In this document: positions 1 through 11,436 of the stretch, piece after piece
Layout: the number at the start of each line of letters is the position of its first letter
Position numbering within the stretch: the stretch's first letter is position 1
Assembly (NCBI GenBank): GCA_964016885.1
Contig: OZ024743.1
Coordinates: 373,674,001 to 373,738,000, forward strand
Length of the DNA: 64,000 nt
Direction of reading: 5' to 3'
Origin: Eledone cirrhosa
Lineage: Eukaryota
Translations under genes and position numbers: made by a program
The notes under the pieces: model-generated
Seen by the model: only the letters and a program-made list of their open reading frames with translations
What the model was told of the DNA's origin: nothing
Database searches by the model: none

Positions 1-572
1 AGATGGGGAGAGCAAGAGAGATGGAGGCAGTGAGAAATATGGGGAGAGCAAGAGAGATGGAGGCAGTGAGAGAGATGGGGAGAGCAAGAGAGATGGAGGC
101 AGTGAGAGAGATGGGGAGAGCAAGAGAGATGGAGGCAGTGAGAGAGATGGGGAGAGCAAGAGAGATGGAGGCAGTGAGAAATATGGGGAGAGCAAGAGAG
201 ATGGAGGCAGTGAGAGAGATGGGGAGAGCAAGAGAGATGGAGGCAGTGAGAGAGATGGGGAGAGCAAGAGAGATGGAGGCAGTGAGAGAGATGGGGAGAG
301 CAAGAGAGATGGAGGCAGTGAGAGAGATGGGGAGAGCAAGAGAGATGGAGGCAGTGAGAGAGATGGGGAGAGCAAGAGAGATGGAGGCAGTGAGAAATAT
401 GGGGAGAGCAAGAGAGATGGAGGCAGTGAGAGAGATGGGGAGAGCAAGAGAGATGGAGGCAGTGAGAGAGATGGGGAGAGCAAGAGAGATGGAGGCAGTG
501 AGAGAGATGGGGAGAGCAAGAGAGATGGAGGCAGTGAGAGAGATGGGGAGAGCAAGAGAGATGGAGGCAGTG
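1..572. repeat. 33-bp purine-rich minisatellite (AGATGGGGAGAGCAAGAGAGATGGAGGCAGTGAG-type), ~17 copies, runs off the window start
   Basis: Direct tandem periodicity; ORF 3..659 is the 11-aa repeat MGRAREMEAVRE, an artefact of the 33-bp unit. Confidence 0.95.
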
Positions 573-1205
573 ACTATACCAGCATTGCTGAAGTATTTTG
601 TGAAGAATAATTACATAAGAAAAAATATCAACATTGCACTTTACTTAAATACAGTGTAGGTCAACTGGTCAACTTTGCCTTTTAGGGTTGATAAAATAAA
701 GTACCAGTAACATACTAGGGTTGATATAATTGCCTTTTTCCTTACTCCCAAATTGCTGGCCTTGAACTAATGCTAGAAACAAAAAAAATTCTTATTCTTG
801 ATGTTGTAGTTGTTAAAAATATCATTTGTTGTCAATATAGTAAACTGTCACTACAAGCTAATGGTAGGTAGTGGTTTTATGTAGGAAATGGTGGGATCGA
901 TTGTGTCAAGAGTTAGTTGCTCCTGTTAGCTGTTCCCATGTTGATGCTAACTCATTCCTCCTCCTCCTCCTCATCCTTGATATAGTCAGCCAGCCCCCTC
1001 TACACCCCATCCTGAACATATGCTTCATGCTCCATTGCTCTTACTGCTATTTATTGCTCTCTGTTTTAGCTCCCTTTCTCTTTCATCTCTATATTTCACC
1101 CTCTCTCTTTTTACCTATCTATGTATGTATCTATCTATCTATGTATGTATCTATCTATCTATCTACTATCTGTATGTATCTATCTATCTATCTATCTATA
1201 TATAT

Positions 1206-4200
1206 TGTTTAAATGCGCGTGGCCTGGGCTCAACTTGGAAGCAAGCAATGCTTCTAAATGACCTCAGGTCACAACGTATAGATGTGATGGTTATTTGCGA
1301 GGCCCGGATCAGCAACGTGCGACAGCTGGCCCCCACCTTTGATGACTTTGAGATGCACGCATCTCTCTGTCAGCCTGGAGGTGGGGGTGGAGTTGTCGTT
1401 CTGCTGCAAAAACATCTGGGTCTCGCAACACAGATGGTACATTTGGACCCGGAGGGTCGACTAGTGGTTCTGGACCTTGGCAGTGGTAAAGGCGGAGCGT
1501 TTAGGTTGGTAGCCGCCTACGGCCCTTTCGGGTCAATGCGGCCGGACTTCTTCCATCGTCTGGAGACTTTTCTAGGGACGTCCCGCTCCTTGCTATTAGT
1601 GGGGGACTGGAATGGTATCCTAGATGCACGTTGGGACTACGTAGGGGCCTGCCCCGATAGAGAGGGGTGTAATAGCCTCAAAGGGTTAATCGGTCGATTT
1701 GACCTGGCCGATAGATATCGACTAGATTTTCCGACTGCGCCAACCTGGACTTGGGCAAATCGTAGCGGATCATCTAGGTCGTACCTAGATAGGTTCTTAG
1801 TTAGAATTAAGGATAAGGAATTTTTAAGTTGTCCAAAAATGCGCATTGTTGGCTATTCAGACCACAAATTAGTGACCTGCATGGTCAACCTTGACAGAAC
1901 TCATAGACAGGGCCCCGGTTACTGGAAGCTCAACTTGTCCTTGCCGGCAAGTAGAGCCTACAGGAATCGGATTAGTACGTTAGTTAAGGAACGGTTGACT
2001 GGAGCGATCGTCAACAGCAGGTGGTGGGTATCTCTAAAGAGAGAGATTAGAGTAGTCTCGATAGAATTTAGTAAGGTTCTAGCTGCGGATAGGAATAGGA
2101 AGGAAAGGGAGCTAATAGATAGAGTAGAAGAGGCAATTAGAAGCGGCGACGTGGCCAGAGTGCTAGCGTCGAGAACGGCTTTGAGCCAGTTTTTCGACGC
2201 GAAGCACGAAGGCTGCGTTGTCCGAAGTAAAATACGTGCTCTAGGGAACGAGGGGACCAAAGCTGTTAGCTGGGCCCGCGTGACAGAGGCCAACAGTGGA
2301 ACTAAATCCACCATCCGGTCTTTGCGAGACCTGGATGGACGGGCGATTCTTGAGCCTAAGCAGATGTGTGAGGCCTTTCAAAGGCACTTTGCCCGACTGT
2401 TCGGGAGGGGCGGGGAGCCGGTTGGGAACGTGGACTTCGGTCCATACCTCGACGGCCTGCCGCGCCTCTCGGACAGGGAGGCGAAGTCCTGCGAGGAGCC
2501 GATTTCGGCCGCTGAGATAGAGGACGTGCTGAGCCAATGCGGCAAACGCAAATCCCCGGGTCTCGATGGTCTTCCTTACGAATTATATCTAGCTATGCCG
2601 GACTTGTTCCCCGATCTCCTCGAGGCGGTCTACTGCAACTGGCAACAGAACGGGAGAATTCCCTGTACTGTGACCAAGGGCGTAGTCACGCTAGTGAGGA
2701 AGGACGAGAACAAGGGGGACGAAATAAGTAACTTCAGGCCCATAACACTGCTAAATACAGAGTTACAGATTTTGGCCAAGGTGCTAGCAAAGAGGTTGGC
2801 GCTTGTCGTGGGCAACCTGGTGGGAGATGCGCAGACATGCGCTATCCCGTCCAGGTCCATCCATGACAACCTCCACCTCATGCGATACATCATAGAGAGG
2901 GTTGGGAACGAACCCGGCTTTGGTGGGGCTCTGATCAACTTGGATCAATCTAAGGCGTTCGATAGGGTCGACCATGGTTACCTGGATGCGGTGCTAGCGG
3001 CGGCAGGCTTCGGACCCGTTTTCAGGGGCTGGATCACTGCTATGCACAGCAGCCGCATCTGCTCTAGGGTCAAGGTGAACGGCTACCTCTCGGAGCCGTT
3101 CAAAATCGCGCGGTCCATCCGACAAGGGTGCCCTCTCTCCTCCCTTCTGTATGTATTGACTCTCGAGCCACTACTGCGGAAGTTGGAGTTGTTGCAGGGC
3201 ATCCCTTTGGAACCGGGATTGCGGAAAGCGGTGTCGGCCTACGCCGATGACGTGACAGTAATGGTGTCGACGGCCTCCGAAATCGAGGCGGTCGGCACCT
3301 TACTGGAGGAGTACGAAAAGTTCACAGGGGCTAAGCTGAACCGGGACAAGTCGATCGGTTTGCAACTCGGCACGTGGAGGGGCAGACCGATGCCCTCCGA
3401 TAGCGTCGTCGGACGCTGGACGGAGGGCCCGGTGAAGTTGCTCGGGGTCTGGTTCGGACCGGACCTCCAGGTGGAGAAAAACTGGGCGGAGGTTACGAAC
3501 AGAGTGTTTGCACTGACCCAGAAGTGGGCCAGTTGCAAACTATCCCTGAAAGGTCGGGCGGAGGTGGCGAACACCTACATAGCGTCCGTCATCTACTACC
3601 GCCTGACCGTAGTGCCCTGCCCAAGGGAAACCCTCACCAAGATGGAGCGCGCGCTCTTCCAATTCCTTTGGAAGAGGCGGGCTCCTATGGTGAGGAGATC
3701 CATCTGCTGTCAACACCCTTCGAAAGGAGGGCTGGGGATGCCGTGGCTAATGATGCGTAAACACGCATTAAGGCTACGGCACCTCTACGTATTCCTCACC
3801 GGACAACCGGTGTGGGCCTCGTTTGTGAGACGAACCTTTCCCAGACTCGTCTCACTCACCGAGCTGCAATCCTGGGTCAAGCAAAGACCGAGAAAACTGG
3901 GCGCCTGGCACACTGAGTGTGCCCAGGCGCTCACCGCCCTCTGGCAGGCGGATCCGGTTATCAGTGGAGACTCCACCGCAACATTCTATAGAGGGCTGGT
4001 ACGCAGCAGGTGCGACGACGCCCTCGGAGAAGCCCTAGACATGGAGGAGGACGAACTGGCCAGCCTTTTCGGTAGGACATTTAGCCCGGGACCTATGGAC
4101 AACTTCCAGAAGTCCCTGGCCTGGCAGTGCTACCGAGGGGCTTTACCCGTTCGAGAAAGGCTCTACAGACACGGGCGCCCGGGTAGGGACCCCGCCAAAA

Positions 4201-4622
4201 AGATCTGTCCCAGATGCGTGTGCGACGAGGAAACCGTTGCACACGCATTAGTACACTGCTCGGGCGTAGCCGATCTGTGGGGCTATGTCGAACAACTGCT
4301 GTCAAGGGTGGGACCGATCCGGTTGACCACCGAGTCTATTGTAATGATCAAGCCGCCTCCCCCCTTCAAAGATGAAGCAGAGGCGGTGTTTCTGTGCGTA
4401 ATAGCCATGGCGAAAGAGGTTGTATGGTGGACGCGTCTGAAAGGACTGAGGTCGGGCACCTTTCTCTCTGGCCAACAACTGGTCCGTTTCTTCCGATATC
4501 ATTTCGGAAGAAGGATCAGGATGGAGAGAGAGGTGCTGCACCCCAGCCGTTTCTATGAAAGATGGGTGAAAGTGGCGAGAATGGCCCGTGTGAATGGGCC
4601 TTCACTCTACATCAGACTATAG
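1206..4622 (+). CDS. LINE ORF2: APE endonuclease + reverse transcriptase + C-terminal CCHC zinc knuckle (open frame, native start missing)
   Basis: EN motifs LNARGL, GDWN, YLDR, SDH; GPGYWKLN linker; RT motifs KSPGLDG, FRPITLLN, LDQSKAFDRV, RQGCPLS, YADD; CPRC...HALVHC. The first ~62 aa of ORF 1020..4622 are read-through of flank and microsatellite. Confidence 0.93.
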   Translation, partial: CLNARGLGSTWKQAMLLNDLRSQRIDVMVICEARISNVRQLAPTFDDFEMHASLCQPGGGGGVVVLLQKHLGLATQMVHLDPEGRLVVLDLGSGKGGAFRLVAAYGPFGSMRPDFFHRLETFLGTSRSLLLVGDWNGILDARWDYVGACPDREGCNSLKGLIGRFDLADRYRLDFPTAPTWTWANRSGSSRSYLDRFLVRIKDKEFLSCPKMRIVGYSDHKLVTCMVNLDRTHRQGPGYWKLNLSLPASRAYRNRISTLVKERLTGAIVNSRWWVSLKREIRVVSIEFSKVLAADRNRKERELIDRVEEAIRSGDVARVLASRTALSQFFDAKHEGCVVRSKIRALGNEGTKAVSWARVTEANSGTKSTIRSLRDLDGRAILEPKQMCEAFQRHFARLFGRGGEPVGNVDFGPYLDGLPRLSDREAKSCEEPISAAEIEDVLSQCGKRKSPGLDGLPYELYLAMPDLFPDLLEAVYCNWQQNGRIPCTVTKGVVTLVRKDENKGDEISNFRPITLLNTELQILAKVLAKRLALVVGNLVGDAQTCAIPSRSIHDNLHLMRYIIERVGNEPGFGGALINLDQSKAFDRVDHGYLDAVLAAAGFGPVFRGWITAMHSSRICSRVKVNGYLSEPFKIARSIRQGCPLSSLLYVLTLEPLLRKLELLQGIPLEPGLRKAVSAYADDVTVMVSTASEIEAVGTLLEEYEKFTGAKLNRDKSIGLQLGTWRGRPMPSDSVVGRWTEGPVKLLGVWFGPDLQVEKNWAEVTNRVFALTQKWASCKLSLKGRAEVANTYIASVIYYRLTVVPCPRETLTKMERALFQFLWKRRAPMVRRSICCQHPSKGGLGMPWLMMRKHALRLRHLYVFLTGQPVWASFVRRTFPRLVSLTELQSWVKQRPRKLGAWHTECAQALTALWQADPVISGDSTATFYRGLVRSRCDDALGEALDMEEDELASLFGRTFSPGPMDNFQKSLAWQCYRGALPVRERLYRHGRPGRDPAKKICPRCVCDEETVAHALVHCSGVADLWGYVEQLLSRVGPIRLTTESIVMIKPPPPFKDEAEAVFLCVIAMAKEVVWWTRLKGLRSGTFLSGQQLVRFFRYHFGRRIRMEREVLHPSRFYERWVKVARMARVNGPSLYIRL

Positions 4623-4886
4623 GTGAGGAAGATGAAAGACCAAGGGAGCACCCCTTCTCTGTGCTCCTGAGGAGAAGGGTTGCACACTTTTTTCGGGGGT
4701 GTGTGCGACCCCCCAAGGCGCCTCCTCTCTATTGAGGATTTTGTTAAAAATTTTATTTTTTGTTATATCTTATTTTATTTTTATATTTTGTTATTGCCTT
4801 CTCCTTATTGAGGACGCCTTTTTGTGTAAACTCCCCCCTTTGTACTTGTCCCACTTTTGATGCCCTAGTGGCAAATAAAAGAAATA
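1206..4886 (+). mobile_element. 5'-truncated Tx1/L1-clade non-LTR retrotransposon (ORF2 + 3'UTR) inserted in a (TATC)n/(TA)n microsatellite
   Basis: ORF2 below; 3'UTR ends GCCCTAGTGGCAAATAAAAGAAA; the 17-mer TATCTATCTATATATAT flanks both ends (1189-1205, 4887-4903), a TSD candidate although low-complexity; GC/CpG-rich relative to flanks. Confidence 0.9.
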
Positions 4887-5924
4887 TATCTATCTATATA
4901 TATAGAATATATTCTAAAATCTTCCCAACCCTGAAGACATGCTCCATTGCTGTTGTTACTGCTATGTATTGCTGGCTGGTTTAAGCTCCCTGCCTTCATC
5001 TTTACTTTCTCTCTCTCTCTCAACTATTGAAGAAATATTTGCTATTGATTCTTATCTAAGTAAACAGTGGCACCAATGTTGTCTTGCTTTTTAATACCAA
5101 CACCATTTTTATATATCTTCTCCCCTCTCTCATCATTGCTATATATCCCCCCCTCTCTCATCATCTCTATATATCTTCCCCTCCTCTCTCTCATCATCTG
5201 TTTAATGCAGACATCAATCCAAAGTTGTCCCACCACCCTCAAAAACAAGAAGTTGACATGAGTCCCCATGTGGGTGATCATCTTCCAAGAAATAACAACC
5301 AAATTCCCCTCAAATCTTGGTGCACCTTCATAACCCTTCTTGAAACTGCTCTTGGTTTTCTGACACAAATCTCTTTTAACCCTTTTGATACCAAACCGCC
5401 TCTTGTTTTACAATAAAAAGCCATCTGTGTTAAAGAGTTTATATATAAAGTTAAACCTTTTATAATAATTGTACGTAAGAACCTTTCAGTGTGGTTCAAA
5501 AACCAGCTTCAAAATGAAAAAGTTATTTTATTGAATTCCTCAAGATTCTGAATTATTTTCAAACTTAATTGAAAATCATAGGCAGTGCCTTTCATTAGAA
5601 ATGTTAATAAAAGGATTACATTATTTATATGTAAAATTTAAACCTTGTATAATTGTTTTATTCTTAACACTAGATTAATAATGGAGTAGTTAGTTATTCT
5701 ATTAAATTCTTTCAATTCTTGGTTTATCTTTAAAATTAATTTAAACACAGTTGGTGTTTAGAAGGGTATCTGGCTGTAAAGCATTGCCTTGAAACTGCTG
5801 AATCCATGCCAGCATGGAAAAGTCAGCATAAAAATGATGATGATGTAGTATATTTCATTAGAAATATGATTATGAAAGGGCAAAATAAAAAATAGACATA
5901 TTGGAGAGTATTAATTTATTTGGT

Positions 5925-6075
5925 GGAGGTGGATTGGTAGAGGGTCGGACGCTTTATGGTCTGAGTTCAAATACCGCCGAGGTTAACTTTGCCTTTCATC
6001 CTCACGGGGTCGATAAAATAAAGTACCAGTAATACACTGGGATAATTGCTGGCCTTGTGCCAAAAGTAGAAACAA
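5925..6075 (+). mobile_element. tRNA-derived SINE (internally shortened copy)
   Basis: B-box GAGTTCAAATAC, central GCCTTTCATCCTCACGGGGTCGATAAAATAAAGTACCAG, tail TTGCTGGCCTTGTGCCAAAAGTAGAAAC, shared with many copies in this window. Confidence 0.8.
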
Positions 6076-6321
6076 TTAATTTATTTGTATTCATTGTACA
6101 TTGGATTACCTATCAAATTGTACTTTAACTCTTTAGCATTTAAACCGGCTGTATCTGGCCAGAATTCTCTCACCTCTTTCTGTTCAAACCAGCCATAACT
6201 GACCACTCATAGTGACATTAAGGTATTGTTCTCAAAATAAATAACATCAAAATCTCGTAGATTTGATATTATGTGAGATAATTATGTAAGATAGAGCCTT
6301 TACCACAAAAATTCAATAGTA

Positions 6322-7458
6322 CAGTGAATCTTCGCTTATCCGGACGGTCAAAACCAAACAGTTAGAAAAAGATCCGGTTAAGTGAAAAATCCGGATAAGT
6401 GAATTCTAAAATCCCATTGTTACATAATGCTCGTGGTTTCTAATGTTTTGGCTTCTTTTAGTCAAAATAAAAGACAAATGCTAAGTAAAGAAAGTTTATT
6501 AGAATAACAAAATAACAGCTAGAATTTATAAGAAAATTAATTAAACAAACAAGAATAACTAAAAACTTGGTAAAACTGAATTGAGTCAAACCATAAAAAG
6601 TTAGTACTTTTTTAAAAATGTATAAATAGAAGATTGTTTTCGCGCCGAAGCTCGTCGTTCCGCTACCATTTCCCGCCAACGTAAACCTGTCGCAGTGCTA
6701 ACCAGATCCGCCAGTCCCTCATACCTCAAATATGTTAAAAATTGGTCTATATGATGATATGCTTCCGCATGTGTCACGGGGCGTTTTTCGACAACTTTTT
6801 CGACTAAAACTTCCTCTTCTTCGTCATCCCCCTTTCGACTTACGTGTTCAACAATTCCGACGTCATCGAAATGTTCATACCCTAACCCGTCATTCTCAAA
6901 CCATTCGATCAAATCTTCAATGTACAATGCCTGGTCTAATTCCTCGTAGTCTGACGTTTTCAGGCATTTCGCTTTCTTTTCCACTCTCTTTAAACCAATT
7001 TGCAATTTTTCCGATACGAATCCGCGTAGCTTGGCTTCCGACCGTTTGATATCCAATATTGTAGACGTCCCGACATTGTATCTTTTAGTGAGTTCATTTG
7101 GCGTAGCTGTTTTCTTTTTCAATGCATCACATATAGAGAGCTTATCCGCGATGGTCAAAACAACTTGGTTTCGCTTTTCTCCAGCCATTGTTTAACTGAG
7201 AGCCAAGTTAGTTTTCTTAGCTTTTAAACAGTCAATCAAATAAAAGAAATCAATACATGCCACGTGTTAGCTGCGTGTGACAGCTAGGCACAAGTAGCCA
7301 ACCGGCACTAGGCGCGTTTTCTATAAACTTCATAAACCCTCAGATAAACATAAACCTTCATAAACAACCTTCAAATACACATTGTTTGTAGTATAGAAAT
7401 AGCCGTCCGGTAAATCGAATTTCGGAAAAGTGATATCCGGATAAGCGAAGATGCACTG
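6322..7458 (-). mobile_element. Tigger/pogo-family DNA transposon, internal-deletion derivative
   Basis: 23-bp TIRs CAGTGAATCTTCGCTTATCCGGA / TCCGGATAAGCGAAGATGCACTG (1 mismatch), TA on both sides (6320-6321, 7459-7460), subterminal ATCCGG(A/T)TAAG repeats. Confidence 0.92.
6601..7188 (-). CDS. Truncated Tigger transposase: CENP-B/psq-type N-terminal HTH fused in frame to the C-terminal tail; DDE domain absent
   Basis: KRNQVVLTIADKLSIC...YNVGTSTILDIKR...YEELDQALY matches the Tigger/CENP-B N-terminus; the acidic tract and KQSSIYTFLKK match the typical KQxxIxxFF end; 195 aa with ATG and stop. Confidence 0.8.
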   Translation of the reverse strand: MAGEKRNQVVLTIADKLSICDALKKKTATPNELTKRYNVGTSTILDIKRSEAKLRGFVSEKLQIGLKRVEKKAKCLKTSDYEELDQALYIEDLIEWFENDGLGYEHFDDVGIVEHVSRKGDDEEEEVLVEKVVEKRPVTHAEAYHHIDQFLTYLRYEGLADLVSTATGLRWREMVAERRASARKQSSIYTFLKKY

Positions 7459-7699
7459 TATATATAGAGTAATGTAAATGTTAAAGGGTTAAACATATAG
7501 CAATCCGAGATACATTTTTTGCATAAAACTGAAAGAAATTCCCAACATCAGTTAGATGTGAGTTACAAGTTGGCATAGCTACACATCTATCAATCTCTCT
7601 TAACTTTTGAAAATCATGAATCTTGGACAGTGTAGTACTTTACTGGTACGTTATTTTATCAACCCCGAAAAGATGAAAGGCAAAGTTGACCAGTTATAG

Positions 7700-7958
7700 T
7701 TAAGTATATATGTAAGTATATATGTAAGTTATATTTAAGTATATATGTAAGTTATATTTAAGTATATATGTAAGTTATATGTAAGTATATATGTAAGTTA
7801 TATGTAAGTATATATGTAAGTTATATTTAAGTATATATGTAAGTTATATTTAAGTATATATGTAAGTTATATTTAAGTATATATGTAAGTTATATTTAAG
7901 TATATATGTAAGTTATATTTAAGTATATATGTAAGTTATATTTAAGCTATATTTAAGT
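7700..7958. repeat. 23-bp AT-rich minisatellite (ATATATGTAAGTTATATTTAAGT)
   Basis: Direct tandem periodicity, ~10 copies. Confidence 0.85.
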
Positions 7959-10262
7959 AAAGTGCAATGTTGATATATTTTAAGGATGGGATGGTACTGA
8001 TTGGAATGCTTTTGATCATATGTCTGTTATGATGTTGAATCAGGCTGGATCGATGACTAAATAACAGTAGCAATGTCAACAATAATATCAACAACAAGTC
8101 TGTCGAGGGGCTCCATATATCTTGTAAAAACCAGGGATCTCCACCTGGGAAGTTACTCTCTCAATTGCAGGCTTGAGTAAAGACTTTCATTTTGTAGAAG
8201 ACCAACTGTTGCCCATCATTGCTGGTGTTCCTCTGTATGACACCAATATTGTTGAAGGAAAGAAAGGCATGGACCAAAACATCTTGATATCAGTGACATT
8301 GTAGACATATCATTATCCAGGCTATCTCCTCCCTCTCCTCCTCTAGCTCCTTCCTTCTATCTCTGCCCCTTCTCTATCTCTTCTTCTGTTTCTCACCCTT
8401 TCTTCCTTTCTCCCTCTTTCCTCTTTCTCTACACCCTTCTCTATTTCTGTCCTCCTCTCTCTTTCTAACCCTCTCCTTCTCTCCTCCATCTTTCTACCTC
8501 ATCTCTATCTTTACGCTCTCTTCTCTCTTCCCCTGTCACCTCTCTCTCTCTCTCCCCACCTTTTCATAACTATTTACAGTTATCATGTCCATTTGTACTC
8601 CATGTTCAATATCAGTCCCTCATTTCTCCACAGTTCCTGTATTGTGTTGTTGTTTATAACCATATGATGGTACCACCATTGCTACCACCACCACAACACC
8701 ACACCCCTACAACTACCACCATAACGCTACACCGCCACCATGATAACACACGATCACCACTACAACACTACACCACCATCACAACTACCACCACACCACC
8801 ATCACCTCTTCTGTTACAACACCACACCATCACCACCACCACCTCTGTTAAAACTACCATGCCACCACAACACTATACCACCACCTCCACCATAAACATT
8901 ATCACACCATCAAGACAACACACAATCATGCCACTACCACCACCACCGCCACATCTCCACATGCCACATCTCCACATGCCACTACCACCATCATTACCAC
9001 ATCCAACACCACCATCACCAACACTGCCATCACCACCACTATCACACCACCACCACATTTCCACAGACCACCACCATCACCACATCTCTACATACCACCA
9101 CCACCTCCACAACATCTCCACATGCCACCACCACAACCACCAAACCACATCACCATCCCAATAAAACATAATTCACTAAAGAAACCAATGTTTGTCCAGT
9201 CCATCTATTGATATATTTCTACTGCCCTATTGACTAGATGATGATTCTGGCTATACAAAATTACTATTATTACTACTACTACTGCTACTGCTACCACCAC
9301 CACCACCACCACCACCACCACTACTACTACTGCTAGTCGTAGTAGTCTTGTATTCCAATGTCTAGATGTGAGCAATTGTTGAAAACCCATTTCCATGTAG
9401 TGTGTAAATTGTAAGTCAGATTGGTAGAAAACCATCAGAAACCAGAGCTTGGACCTACTTACTGCCCATTTAGCAGTGATTCCCAAAGGGTTTGCTACTC
9501 CAATTTGGGACTTCTGAGAAACAGAAGGCAAAGGGCTGGAAGGGGAGTCATTGGAAGGTTAATGGACACAAGGAAGGAGAGGGACAAAGGATACAAAATA
9601 GACACTTAAAGAAAATTATAAGAAAACATTTAGAAATTTTATTTTCAATGTATAATATTTGATCAACTTTACAGTAGAGAGGGAGGAGATTTTTGAAATC
9701 ATAATCATCATCATTGTAATCATTTAATGTCCATCTTCTTTACTAGCAAGGATTGGATGGGTCATTGGAAACCAGGTTTGTATTTAATCAGAACTACTGA
9801 TCACTGAGATGGACTGCGACCTCATCCTGCTTACATACATTCCTGTACTCTACAGAGTGTGCTGTGCATTCTATCATGGTACCAGCACCAAGGAAGCCAT
9901 CATGTCCTTAACACAATTGAAAAGTTCTTTTTACCTTTTGTTTGGCAATTTTTCTACTGCTAGATGAGCTTCCTTATCACCAACCACCTTACAGAGTTTA
10001 CTGGGTGTGTTTTATCATGTCACCAACATGATAAAAATCATATTCTTCATCATACTTCTGTTTTCCCTGTTAGCATGGGTTGGACGATTAAAAATATATT
10101 TCTCTAAAAGGGAGCTGAAGTTTAGAAAGGTTTGGTAAACTCTGTGTTAGAGCTATTATAAAATCATCAAATAGCTTATGCGTGAACAATACATAAATGT
10201 TTGTTGTAACAATTGTAGGGTGAGTTTGTTTTTCTCAAACAGTTGTTACTGTTTACTTCCAG

Positions 10263-10439
10263 ATCTTGATACCTTTCCTGCCATTCAACATGACAAACCA
10301 GAGAGTCCAACTGAACATAAGAAGTCCCGGAAAACACAAGACTACAGTCATGACAGAGAAATTATTTTTGCTTTCCCATCAATGCAAATGCATTTCAAAA
10401 CAAAGCATTTTCAAGGTGAACATGAACCCTCCTTAGATG
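10263..10439 (+). CDS. BLTP1: BLTP1/KIAA1109 (tweek) internal exon, 4th from last
   Basis: Acceptor ttacttccAG (10261-62), donor GTatgt (10440); encodes ...DYSHDREIIFAFPSMQMHFKTKHFQGEHEPSLD, resembling the recalled KIAA1109 C-terminal FALPRMQLDFKSIH segment; phase 1-1. Confidence 0.85.
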
Positions 10440-11075
10440 GTATGTAATCTGTGACACTTTTTATCTGTTTTTATTTAACTTTTTCATTACTATATTTCTT
10501 TTGAAAGTAATCAAGAATTTGGAGAGATCTAGTAATATAACTAATTTCTCATTATCAAGCTAGTGTTTGGAGCATAACATAACAGATGTATTATAATAAA
10601 TGTATTGGTGTCACAACAAAACGTACCCAGTCCTCCTTGTAAAGTGGCCATATTAGTGCTACAACAAAAACTACCTAGTTCACTCTGAAAGGTTGTAGTG
10701 CTGGTGCCATGAAAAAAGCTCCCAATATATGCTGAAAGAGTTGGATGGGATACTTTGCAGTATTTGTTCCAGCTCTGTGTGTTCTGAGTTCAAATCCTAT
10801 CTCCTGTCACTGGAAAAATGGTGGTACTTTTATCAGAATTTACAACTAAAAAATAGGACCAGAAATGGAAAGTCTATGAGAAACATATTTCCTTGCTCTG
10901 AGCTGACAATCAACTCCTTTCTGTTTTGTTTACAATATACTTTAATATATCATGAATTTTTACATACATAAACATCCCTCTGCACACATACAGTCATACA
11001 AAATTTCACCTAGTCCTATTAGAGCTTGTGTTTATGTGATCTTTGCTCATGTTTGATTTGTTGTGAAATTTACAG

Positions 11076-11204
11076 AAGAGAAACCCGTTGTTGAATGTAG
11101 CTTCATCACAGAATTTGAGGACCACATCTCTGTTGCTATGGATGCTGAAGTGATCTGGTTCTTACATGACTTGGTCTCATCTTATATTAAAGAAAAAGAT
11201 AAAA
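11076..11204 (+). CDS. BLTP1: BLTP1/KIAA1109 exon, 3rd from last
   Basis: Acceptor tttacAG, donor GTaagt; EEKPVVECSFITEFEDHISVAMDAEVIWFLHDLVSSYIKEKDK matches recalled KIAA1109 KPKVECSVVTEFTDHICVTMDAELIMFLHDLVSAYLKEKEK; phase 1-1. Confidence 0.92.
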
Positions 11205-11436
11205 GTAAGTACTGCATGTTTTACTTTAAAGAGGGCCTTCTTAGATTGCTTTCAGTCTTTAGATTTTCAACCATGGCTGTTCTCAACAATGAGAATGTCA
11301 TGTGAAACTCTTGACTCTTGTCTTGCTGAAAAAGCATTTGGATTGTTTGAAATGTATGGCACATCTCACTTACAATGCTGTTTTGTTTTTACATTCTGGT
11401 TTTAGAATAACTGTAGCCTCAGCACATGACTGCATC

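Larger units (their letters stand above)
6129..7488 (+). mobile_element. ~220-bp TTAA-flanked piggyBac-like MITE (copy 1), split by a Tigger insertion
   Basis: TTAA at 6125-6128 and 7489-7492; ends CTCTTTAGCATTTA / TAAATGTTAAAGGG; 6129-6321 + 7459-7488 align with uninterrupted copies at 24896-25114 and 27327-27539. Confidence 0.8.

Noticed and set aside
3-659. 218-aa repetitive ORF MGRAREMEAVRE
   Set aside because: 33-bp minisatellite whose unit is a multiple of 3; no splice or homology support
1020-1205. Hydrophobic signal-peptide-like N-terminus on the LINE ORF
   Set aside because: Read-through of pyrimidine-rich flank and (TATC)n upstream of the insertion junction
8664-9164. Pro/His/Thr-rich ORF
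   Set aside because: (CAC/CCA)n low-complexity tract; no splice-compatible link to BLTP1
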